A stretch of DNA of 32,540 nucleotides from the NCBI GenBank assembly GCA_944359735.1, contig CALVTA010000002.1, forward strand, positions 1-32,540, given 5' to 3'. This document shows, in pieces, positions 25,055 through 32,540 of this stretch. The notes under the pieces were generated by a model. The model did no database searches. It worked only from the letters and a program-made list of their open reading frames with translations, and was not told where the DNA came from. Each line of letters opens with the position of its first letter. The first letter of the stretch is position 1. Source of the stretch: an uncultured Bacilli bacterium. GTDB lineage: Bacteria > Bacillota_I > Bacilli_A > RF39 > UBA660. The position numbers and the translations under genes are program-made.

Positions 25055-26201
25055 ATGCAAATAAAGCCATATATACTAAAAAACAAAAATAAATTATACT
25101 TACAATTAATCCATTAACCTCTTCAAAACGACTACTTTTATATTTAACACCTACTCCTATCATCATAGAAAAACCTCCGATTAAACCACCTATATGAGCT
25201 GCATTATCTATGCCAGGAACCATAAATCCTAATAAAAGATTAATAACAATTAAAGGTATAATTTGACTTTTAATAACCGTACCTAAATAAATACGATAAT
25301 GATAGCCAAAATAAAGTAAAGCTCCAAGTAAACCAAAGATAGCACCACTAGCTCCTACACTTACAGCATCAGGAGTAATTATTACTGACAAAAGTGAACC
25401 TGTAATAGCACTAAATAAATACACTACCAGAAATCTCCATTTACCAATAAAACTCTCTAATTGCATTCCTATAATCCATAATGCATACATATTAAACAAT
25501 AAATGAGCAAGATTAGCATGTAAAAATGCTGCTGTTATTAATCTATAGTACTCTCCCATTTTAACAAATGGCCCATATGATGCAAAATGAGAATATATTA
25601 TATCGAAATTACCAAAAAATGTTGGTAATAAAAAAGCAAATAGATTTATTATAATAAGTATATAAGTAATAATAGGCTTCTTTGGAGTAAAAACATCCAC
25701 AACTTTCTGCTGATCTTTTTTACTATGATTATTTATATCATTAGTAACTTTAACAAATAAATCTACGCCTTCCTCACTAAATTTAAGTTTTTTAGACAAA
25801 TCAGGAAATTCTGACTTTAATAATTTATTTTTCTTAATATCAGCATCTTCATGAACTTCAACAACTGTTATATTATCACTCTTAAATTCATTCAAATTAA
25901 CAGCACCACCAAGATCTAAAAATATACTTAATGTATTTAATTTAAATGATAACGTCTTTTTCTTTATTTTTCTTAAAATTCTATTCATTTTAAAAATATC
26001 AAATTTATATTGTTCATCATTATGAATATATCTCATCACTAATCTGACTACCTTATAATCTTCATCTAAATTCTCAAGCCAAATCTCATCATCTGCTCCT
26101 TGTAATATTATAGGAGTATATCCTTTTTCTGTAATAAAATAATGTAAAAGTTTCATGGCCAGAGTATTTTTTTCATTCATATCTATAATATGTTCTTCCA
26201 T
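25053..26201 (-). CDS. Rhomboid-family intramembrane serine protease (YqgP/GluP-like)
   Basis: A cytoplasmic N-domain of about 190 aa is followed by the rhomboid core: HANLAHLLFNM, the catalytic GASGAIFGLLGA and AAHIGGLIGG. I placed the start at MEEHII (ATG 26201), with the RBS GGAGGAG 7 nt upstream. Confidence 0.88.
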   Translation of the reverse strand: MEEHIIDMNEKNTLAMKLLHYFITEKGYTPIILQGADDEIWLENLDEDYKVVRLVMRYIHNDEQYKFDIFKMNRILRKIKKKTLSFKLNTLSIFLDLGGAVNLNEFKSDNITVVEVHEDADIKKNKLLKSEFPDLSKKLKFSEEGVDLFVKVTNDINNHSKKDQQKVVDVFTPKKPIITYILIIINLFAFLLPTFFGNFDIIYSHFASYGPFVKMGEYYRLITAAFLHANLAHLLFNMYALWIIGMQLESFIGKWRFLVVYLFSAITGSLLSVIITPDAVSVGASGAIFGLLGALLYFGYHYRIYLGTVIKSQIIPLIVINLLLGFMVPGIDNAAHIGGLIGGFSMMIGVGVKYKSSRFEEVNGLIVSIIYFCFLVYMALFA

Positions 26202-26576
26202 AGATATCTCCTCCGATATATATTCTATCATATTTTACCCTAGAAATAAACACATTCTAAAATAATTGGAATAACTTTGCATTTTTAAAAACTTATCTGT
26301 TCACCACTATAATTTCTTTCCTACATATTTTTAACATAATATTCATAACCATATAATAAAGCAATAACAAAGATCATAAAAATGCCATTATTTTTAAAAG
26401 GATCTTTAGTAAACTTCCAAGCTCAAATATCATAATAATCTTTAGATGTTTTCTTATTTTAATTTTTTCTATATTCATTTTAGTATCCAAGTTTTATTTT
26501 TATAAATAAACTTTTAATATCATTAAAAATTTTAAAATTTATTTACTATATGTATTCATATTAGCTTACTACCTTA

Positions 26577-26861
26577 TCATCCTTCTTTAGATATATTAGG
26601 TATTTCACTTCTAGGGATTATTCTTACTTTAATTTTATCCATACCTAATAATTTACATTTTACTAATCTATGGAGCCCATCCAAAATAACTAATCTATTT
26701 TTATTCACCATAACATCAATTGGATAAGTTATATCAGAATGCATAACTCTATCATATTGTGATTTATACTTTACTGGATTATTTATAACATCAAGAGGCT
26801 TTAAAACATACCATTCATTATTCCAGTTCCAAAAAGGAATATATAAATGCCACTCTAACAT
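26577..26861 (-). CDS. ParB/sulfiredoxin-like domain protein, possibly a 5'-damaged pseudogene
   Basis: The VILDGLHRLVK motif (DGxHR) is typical of ParB-like N-terminal domains. The same frame stays protein-like for 33 more codons upstream, with one in-frame TAA at 26879-26877, up to the rluD stop, and there is no start codon in that stretch. Confidence 0.45.
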   Translation of the reverse strand: MLEWHLYIPFWNWNNEWYVLKPLDVINNPVKYKSQYDRVMHSDITYPIDVMVNKNRLVILDGLHRLVKCKLLGMDKIKVRIIPRSEIPNISKEG

Positions 26862-26960
26862 TTCAATATTAATTTCTTATTCAGGATAATCAAGCTTCCA
26901 AACATTTTTCTCATCACAATTAAAATCAAAACCATACTCTAAAACACTTTGAGGAATTTT

Positions 26961-27860
26961 TTATTCTTCTCCTTCACTCTCCAAACTCCTTAAATAATCT
27001 AAAAACTCATGAGGCGGTTCTTGCTCAAAATATAACTCTTTACCTGTAATAGGATGAACAAACCTAATACTCTTAGAGTGTAACATTTGTCCAAACTCTG
27101 TTACATTTTTATGATTCCCATAAACTGGATCATTACTAACAGAATGCTTAATATAATTTAAATGTACTCTTATCTGATGAGTTCTACCTGTCTCTAAAAT
27201 GCACTCTATTAAAGTATTATTCTTAAATCTTTTTAACACTTTAAAATTAGTAATGGCCTCTTTACTATTATGAGCAGTTACAGCCATCTTTTGTCTATTG
27301 GCCTCATCCCTTCCTATTGGCGCATCAATTGTTCCTGTCTCATGCATTATAACTCCATCAACAATGGCAAGATAATGTCTTTCTATCTTTTTATTTTTTA
27401 TCATCTCACTTAAAAGTTCCATCGTTTTAGCATCTTTAGCAACTACCATTAAACCACTAGTATCTTTATCAAGACGATGAACAATACCAGGTCTAAAAGT
27501 CCCATCTTTACTAACTTTAGAATGATAAAGAAGAGCATTAACTAAAGTATCTTTAACATGACCTGGAGCAGGATGAACTACAAGACCACTTTGCTTATTA
27601 ATAATCATTAAATATTGATCCCCATAAATAATATCAAGAGGAATATTTGCAGGTTCTAAATTTTCAAAATCAATTTCCTCTTCAATACCAACTTCAATAA
27701 TATCTCCTATTTTCACTTTATAACTAGCGCTTTTTTCTTTACCATTGACAAGTACTTTAGATTCACTAATTAACTTAGCTACTCTACTCCTAGATAAATC
27801 ACTATTTAACGCAATATAGCTATCTAATCTAATAGCATCTTCATTTACTTCTAACTTCAT
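26961..27860 (-). CDS. rluD: RluA/RluD-family 23S rRNA pseudouridine synthase
   Basis: There is an N-terminal S4 domain (RLDSYIA...SRSRVAKLI), the catalytic HRLDKDTSGLMVVAK and GRTHQIRVHL. Confidence 0.9.
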   Translation of the reverse strand: MKLEVNEDAIRLDSYIALNSDLSRSRVAKLISESKVLVNGKEKSASYKVKIGDIIEVGIEEEIDFENLEPANIPLDIIYGDQYLMIINKQSGLVVHPAPGHVKDTLVNALLYHSKVSKDGTFRPGIVHRLDKDTSGLMVVAKDAKTMELLSEMIKNKKIERHYLAIVDGVIMHETGTIDAPIGRDEANRQKMAVTAHNSKEAITNFKVLKRFKNNTLIECILETGRTHQIRVHLNYIKHSVSNDPVYGNHKNVTEFGQMLHSKSIRFVHPITGKELYFEQEPPHEFLDYLRSLESEGEE

Positions 27861-28320
27861 TTTTTCTTCCTCTTTCTTTAAAAATTTCTTTAATTACTAC
27901 AGTAATTACTCCTAGTACTATTAACATATCAGCAAAATTAAAGATAGGATAATTATATCCAAATATCTTAAAAGATAAATAATCAACAATATAGCCATCT
28001 AATAATCTATCTATAAAATTACCTAAAAGTCCAGCAAGTACCAAAGAATAACCTACACTAAGTACTCTATCGTCTAAATTATTTTTTAACTCATAAATAA
28101 TAAATAAAAGACACATTAAAGCAATAAGAATTAAAATATAAGTTCTACTAGCAAAAAGAGAAAAGGCTGCTCCATCATTTAAAACATAAGTTAAAGAAAA
28201 GAAATTATCAATAATATTAATGCTAGTTAAATAACTACTAACTAGATATTTTATAAATAAATCTAGTCCTAACAAAACACTAACTAAAATAATTACTAAT
28301 AAACAATTACGCTTCTTCAT
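27841..28320 (-). CDS. lspA: Lipoprotein signal peptidase II
   Basis: Four TM segments are present, with NDGAAFS and FNFADMLIVLG containing the catalytic Asp residues. Confidence 0.9.
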   Translation of the reverse strand: MKKRNCLLVIILVSVLLGLDLFIKYLVSSYLTSINIIDNFFSLTYVLNDGAAFSLFASRTYILILIALMCLLFIIYELKNNLDDRVLSVGYSLVLAGLLGNFIDRLLDGYIVDYLSFKIFGYNYPIFNFADMLIVLGVITVVIKEIFKERGRKNEVRSK

Positions 28321-31276
28321 TTTCTCTCCTTATATAATCAACTTTACTAACTACTAATTGTAACTCATCATATCTTTTTTCTACTGTCCCCGTAAATATA
28401 CAAATATCACCTTTTTTTACATTCATATTATTTTTATATACTTTTGGAAAAAATATAAAATCAAGCGAACCAGTCTCATCACTAGCAGTTACAAAAGCCA
28501 TATCTTCATTTTTTTTAGTCTTAATTGCTTTAACCTTCTCTACCATTATCATAACATTAACTATTTTATTAAAATAATTACTAACATTATTAATACTAAC
28601 AACATTCTGGTATTTACTTTTATAAGTTGTAACAGGATGATTACTAATATAAAAACCAAAATATGTTTGCTCCTGTTCTAATAAAATATTATTGGGAAAT
28701 TCATTAATAACAGTTATCTCTGGTTTTAATACCAAACTCTCATCTAAATCAATTGTAAGAGTTCCATAATTACTAAGACTATCTAAATTAGTTATTAAAG
28801 TTCTCTTATTATAACCAAAATTTCTAAAAGCACCAGCAAGTATCAAAGACTCCAATTGTTTTTTCGTAACTCCCGCTCTAACTAATTTAGAAAAAGCATC
28901 ATATATATCTACAAATTCTTTATCCCTTGCTTTTAATACTAAACTAGAAACACTAGTTCCTACTCCTTTAATGGTAGAAAAAGGAAAAATTATATTATTA
29001 TCGCTAACAACAAACTTATTAAAACTTTTATTTATATCAGGCTTTAACACTTTTAAATTATGACTTCTTATCTCTCTTAAATACTCTTGCATCTTAGATG
29101 ATGCACCTATAACATTGTTAAGTAAATTAGCATAAAACTCTAATTTATAATGAACTTTTAAATAAGCCATTTTATAAGCAACAAGTGAGTAAGCAACAGC
29201 ATGAGATTTATTAAAACCATAACCAGCAAATTTCATAATACTTGCAAATATTGTCTTAGAAGTATCATAATCATGACCCAATTCTTTTGCTTTATAAAGA
29301 AATTTAGACTCCTCTGCTTGTAAAACATCTATTTTTTTCTTACTAATTGCACGTCTTAATATATCAGCTTCTCCTAAAGTATATCCAGCATACATATGTG
29401 CTACCTGCATTATTTGTTCTTGATAAATCATAATACCATAAGTATCTCTTAATACTCCTTCTAAAGACTTATCTTGATAAATAACCTTTTCTCTTCCCTC
29501 TTTTCTTGCAATATATAAATCAATATTTTCAGCAGGACCAGGCCTAAATAAAGCAATCGCTGCTACTATATCATTAAAATTATTAGGTTTAAGTTTTCTA
29601 AGAAAACCTCTCATACCGCTAGATTCAAATTGAAAAATTCCACTAGTATCTCCTTTACTAAACAACTCATAAACCCTACTATCATCTAAAGGAATTGTAT
29701 TAAAATCTATAGCTATATTTCTATTTTCTTTAACCATTTTCATAATATTCATAATAATAGTAAGATTTCTAATACCTAGAAAATCCATCTTTAAAAGGCC
29801 TAATTCTTCAAGATAATTCATTGAGTATCCAGTCAAATACATATCATCATTTTTAGTTAGAGGAATTACTTCATCTAAATCTTTTCTACACATAACAATA
29901 CCAGCAGCATGTGTTCCAATTTGTCTTGGGAATCCCTCTATAATAAGAGCAACCTTATATACTTTAGTAAGTATATTATCATTTAAAATATATTGTTTAA
30001 AACTATTATTCTCATTAAAGAAATCAATTAATTTTTTATGAGACATCAATGGAATGAAAGATGTTAATCTATCAACTTTATATAAAGGCACATTGAAAAC
30101 ACGGCACACATCTCTCAATACTTGTTTAGCAGCCAAAGTAGAAAATGTAACAATTCCAGACACTTTTTTTTCTCCATATTTATTGGTAACATAAGAAATA
30201 ATATCTTCTCTATAAACATCCGGAATATCAGTATCTATATCAGGCATAGTTTTACGTTCAGGATTTAAAAATCTTTCAAACAATAGATTATATTGTATTG
30301 GATCTATTTCCGTAATACCTAAAGAATATGCTACTAAAGAACCTGCTGCACTACCTCTACCCGGTCCAACTAAAATACCATTTTTCTTAGCATACCTAAT
30401 AAAATCATAAACAACAAGAAAATAATTAGCAAATCCCATTTTATTGATTATATCAAGTTCATATTTTAATCTATCAAAATAAACTTTATTTACATTCCTG
30501 TTAAGCCTCTTACTAAGTCCTGCTTTAGCAAGATTTTCCAAATAGATTGATGCATCCACCCCATTAGGACACTCATATAAAGGCATTAATAAACTAAATT
30601 TTGGAAACTCTAAATTACATTCATCCCCGACTTTCAAAGTATTAAAAAGGCCAATATTTTCATAAGTATTAACTACATCACTAACAACTAATTCTTTATC
30701 TAAAACATCATATATAACATTATCATTTAATGTTTTTCCATCCCTAATTAAATAAAGATATTTCAAATAATCACAATCTTCTTTATTTTTATACAAACAC
30801 ATTTTTAAATATATAATGTCCTTAGTAATAACTAAAGCATCTAATTCCTCTTTTTTATTACTAAAACCAAGATAAATATCATCAATTTTATTTCTATAAT
30901 CTAAATAAAATTTCAAATCACTATAAGGAACTAAAAAAATCAAATTATCTTTATATTCACTTATATCTTCTAAAGTTAAAGTCCTATCGTTTTGGCGAGT
31001 ACAAATTTTAATTAAATTAAGATATCCTTGATAATTTTTAACAAATAACAAAACTTTATAATTTTCTATAGTAATCTCTAAACCTACAATTGGTTTTAAG
31101 CCTTGCTCCTGACATTTTTTTATAAATTCCATAGTGCCATACATATTATTATCACACAATATAGCTACTTTATTTTTTTTTTCAATATTATAATTTATAA
31201 TATCATCTATAGTTAAAAGACTATTCAAAAGAGAGTAATTACTCTTAACATAAAACATATTAAACACAACAACCAC
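28307..31276 (-). CDS. dnaE: DNA polymerase III alpha subunit, DnaE type (short form)
   Basis: The palm region has PDIDTDIP, GPGRGSAAGSLVAYSLGITEIDP, FERFLNPERK, KMDFLGIRNLT, IALFRPGP, IMIYQEQIMQ and KSHAVAYS. The start is ambiguous between GTG 31276, GTG 31267 and ATG 31258; GTG 31267 has the best spacing to GGAGAG. Confidence 0.9.
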   Translation of the reverse strand: MVVVFNMFYVKSNYSLLNSLLTIDDIINYNIEKKNKVAILCDNNMYGTMEFIKKCQEQGLKPIVGLEITIENYKVLLFVKNYQGYLNLIKICTRQNDRTLTLEDISEYKDNLIFLVPYSDLKFYLDYRNKIDDIYLGFSNKKEELDALVITKDIIYLKMCLYKNKEDCDYLKYLYLIRDGKTLNDNVIYDVLDKELVVSDVVNTYENIGLFNTLKVGDECNLEFPKFSLLMPLYECPNGVDASIYLENLAKAGLSKRLNRNVNKVYFDRLKYELDIINKMGFANYFLVVYDFIRYAKKNGILVGPGRGSAAGSLVAYSLGITEIDPIQYNLLFERFLNPERKTMPDIDTDIPDVYREDIISYVTNKYGEKKVSGIVTFSTLAAKQVLRDVCRVFNVPLYKVDRLTSFIPLMSHKKLIDFFNENNSFKQYILNDNILTKVYKVALIIEGFPRQIGTHAAGIVMCRKDLDEVIPLTKNDDMYLTGYSMNYLEELGLLKMDFLGIRNLTIIMNIMKMVKENRNIAIDFNTIPLDDSRVYELFSKGDTSGIFQFESSGMRGFLRKLKPNNFNDIVAAIALFRPGPAENIDLYIARKEGREKVIYQDKSLEGVLRDTYGIMIYQEQIMQVAHMYAGYTLGEADILRRAISKKKIDVLQAEESKFLYKAKELGHDYDTSKTIFASIMKFAGYGFNKSHAVAYSLVAYKMAYLKVHYKLEFYANLLNNVIGASSKMQEYLREIRSHNLKVLKPDINKSFNKFVVSDNNIIFPFSTIKGVGTSVSSLVLKARDKEFVDIYDAFSKLVRAGVTKKQLESLILAGAFRNFGYNKRTLITNLDSLSNYGTLTIDLDESLVLKPEITVINEFPNNILLEQEQTYFGFYISNHPVTTYKSKYQNVVSINNVSNYFNKIVNVMIMVEKVKAIKTKKNEDMAFVTASDETGSLDFIFFPKVYKNNMNVKKGDICIFTGTVEKRYDELQLVVSKVDYIRRENEEA

Positions 31277-31337
31277 TCTCCTTTATTCATTTATACCATA
31301 CACATGTACGAATAGTCAATATATTTCCATAAATTAT

Positions 31338-31366
31338 TTGACTTTCAAAGACAAATATGATAAAGT
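31338..31366 (+). promoter_or_regulatory. Sigma-A promoter of rpmB (TTGACT-17-TGaTAAAGT)
   Basis: The -35 TTGACT is at 31338-31343, the spacer is 17 nt, and there is an extended -10 TGa-TAAAGT at 31358-31366. The ATG lies 37 nt downstream, preceded by the RBS AAGGAGG. Confidence 0.55.
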
Positions 31367-31403
31367 TATAAAGCAGAAATGATTAGTAAAGGAGGAATAT
31401 TTT

Positions 31404-31586
31404 ATGGCAATAAAAGTTACTAACAAAAAACCTTTAACTGGAAATAGTAGATCTCATGCCTTAAACGCTACTAAAAAGCAACAAAAACCAAACTTACAAG
31501 TAATAAAACTTGCAGATGGAACTAAAATTAGAATGAGTGCAAGAGAAATTAGAAATTTAAGAAAAAAAGAAAAACTAGCAGCTTAA
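31404..31586 (+). CDS. rpmB: 50S ribosomal protein L28
   Basis: The 60-aa basic protein has GNSRSHALNATKKQQKPNLQ, which matches the L28 core G-N-x-x-S-H-x-x-x-x-T-K-R-x-x-x-P-N-L-Q. Confidence 0.88.
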   Translation: MAIKVTNKKPLTGNSRSHALNATKKQQKPNLQVIKLADGTKIRMSAREIRNLRKKEKLAA

Positions 31587-31614
31587 AAAAAGATAACTAG
31601 ATTATCTTTTTTTT
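31585..31614. terminator. Bidirectional terminator between rpmB and the convergent small gene
   Basis: AAAAGATAA-CTAGA-TTATCTTTT is flanked by an A run and a T run. Confidence 0.65.
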
Positions 31615-31827
31615 ATATGTCTTATCATCATAATAATAGTCATTACCATTAAAAACCTCTTGTTCATTGCTAGATGGTTTCTTTGAACTAATATCTTTAA
31701 CAGCTTCCCTTCGCATATCCATAGGAATAACAACAGGAGATTTTATAGGACCTTCCATAAAATTACCTACTCTTGCAGCCGCTAAAAACTCTGTTGTTAT
31801 AGGACTTCTTAGTTGTAAATTACTCAT
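31597..31827 (-). CDS. Hypothetical small protein (76 aa)
   Basis: A good RBS, AAAGGAGC, lies 5 nt before the ATG. The composition is not typical of random AT-rich ORFs (MSNLQLRSPITTEFLAAARVGNFMEGPIKSPVVIPMD...). I do not recognise a family. Confidence 0.5.
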   Translation of the reverse strand: MSNLQLRSPITTEFLAAARVGNFMEGPIKSPVVIPMDMRREAVKDISSKKPSSNEQEVFNGNDYYYDDKTYKKKII

Positions 31828-31937
31828 TAATTGCTCCTTTCTTACTGCGTGTTAAAATAATAACATTTTTTCTATAGTTTTGTCAAACATTTCATGCACA
31901 CTAAATAATATATGAGAAATTAATGAAAAAGTTTACA

Positions 31938-32447
31938 TTAAAATTCCAAATAATCAGCACCTTTATGAGGTTCTTCTTTTAATAAACCATTAAAATTTTG
32001 TTGTCTTAAAGCCTCATATATTACAATCGCTACACTATTAGAAACATTTAAAGCTCTAACATTTTCTGTCATAGGAATCCTAAGACAATGGTTTAAATCA
32101 TCTTTTAATATTTCTTTAGGTATACCAGTAGACTCTTTACCAAAAATAAAATACAAATCAAAGTTTTCTTTATTACTATAGTCAAAACTAGTATGTGGTT
32201 TTCTTCCATATCTAGTTAAATAATAATAAATACCTTTATTTTTAGATTTAAAATCAGCCCAATTCTCATATACTTTATATTTTAATTTATCTATATAATT
32301 AACTGCACTTCTTTTAAGATGAGACTCATCTAATGAAAAACCTAATGGTTTTATTAAATGCAATTTTGTATTAGTAGCAACACAAGTTCTCATAATATTA
32401 CCCGTATTTTGTGGGATTTCTGGCTCATATAAAACAATATGATTCAT
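31938..32447 (-). CDS. trmL: tRNA (cytidine/uridine-34 2'-O)-methyltransferase TrmL (SpoU/TrmH family)
   Basis: Motifs are IVLYEPEIPQNTGNIMRTC, LHLIKPLGF, YFIFGKESTGIP and LRIPM...RALNVSNSVAIVIYEALRQ. The RBS is AGGAGG. Confidence 0.88.
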   Translation of the reverse strand: MNHIVLYEPEIPQNTGNIMRTCVATNTKLHLIKPLGFSLDESHLKRSAVNYIDKLKYKVYENWADFKSKNKGIYYYLTRYGRKPHTSFDYSNKENFDLYFIFGKESTGIPKEILKDDLNHCLRIPMTENVRALNVSNSVAIVIYEALRQQNFNGLLKEEPHKGADYLEF

Positions 32448-32464
32448 TTCTAATCTTCCTCCTA

Positions 32465-32540
32465 ATCGAGTAGAGGAAATTAAATAATGGTAATTATTTA
32501 ATTTGCCCCTCTCACACCACCGTACATACGGTTCTCGTAT
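32465..32540 (-). mobile_element. 3' terminus (domain V 3' strand plus domain VI) of a group II intron-like element entering from the right edge
   Basis: The minus strand reads ...AACCGUAUGUACGGUGG-UGU-GAGAGGGGC-AAAUUAAAUAAU-UACC-AUUAUUUAAUUU-CCUCU-A-CUCGAU | UAGGAGG. It contains a GUACGG string like the 3' strand of domain V. This is followed by a long hairpin with a single bulged A (32471) seven nt from a ...AU 3' end. Compare the Ll.LtrB ending CCUCCCU-A-CUUCAC. Confidence 0.5.

Noticed and set aside
31667-31855. 62-aa plus-strand ORF.
   Set aside because: It is antisense to the 76-aa minus-strand ORF. That ORF has a good RBS and a terminator, whereas the plus-strand frame has neither.
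1-32540. The two intron-like edges joining into a single intron on a circular 32.5-kb molecule.
   Set aside because: The joined pieces would total only about 120 nt, far too short for a group II intron. The content is chromosomal housekeeping genes, with no replication or partition module.
32500-32540. A complete group II intron domain V hairpin inside the window, tried on both strands.
   Set aside because: Neither strand gives the full 34-nt helix of lower stem, bulge, upper stem and GNRA loop. Only a 3'-strand-like GUACGG segment and a short ACCGUA/UACGGU palindrome are visible. The 5' strand would lie beyond the window edge, so I claim only domain VI and a partial domain V.

Overview
This is a very AT-rich chromosomal segment (roughly a quarter G+C by eye) from an endospore-forming, low-GC Bacillota-type bacterium using the standard bacterial code. 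About 30 real genes are present and nearly all lie on the minus strand. Most are housekeeping or sporulation genes: rubrerythrin and a Fur-family regulator with a perfect 7-1-7 operator; spoIIGA-sigE; comEA-comEC; an FtsW/RodA/SpoVE-family gene; def; pheS-pheT behind a Phe T-box; frr; yqeG-yqeH; a NodB-type deacetylase; an uninterrupted sigK; priA; a YqgP-like rhomboid; and dnaE-lspA-rluD, rpmB and trmL. I found no CRISPR array, rRNA gene or tRNA gene. The main candidate for something undescribed is a tightly coupled four-gene operon at 1379-5045, just downstream of spoIIGA-sigE. It encodes a truncated, divergent LysRS/EpmA-like class II aminoacyl-tRNA-synthetase paralog, an S51 (peptidase E/cyanophycinase-type) hydrolase, an APH-type phosphotransferase and a second atypical kinase-fold protein. 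It is preceded by two perfect tandem Spo0A boxes (TGTCGAA-TTT-TGTCGAA). Other notable points: both window edges look like termini of a group II intron, one of them splitting a tnpB-like ORF. The Phe T-box is separated from pheS by about 550 nt that carries an ORF with two in-frame stops. There is a decayed region around a ParB-like ORF. The DnaE is short and has a degenerate PHP motif. Several small ORFs fall below the ORF-track cutoff, including a YjcZ-family sporulation peptide. All calls rest on motif recognition by eye; no database search was possible.
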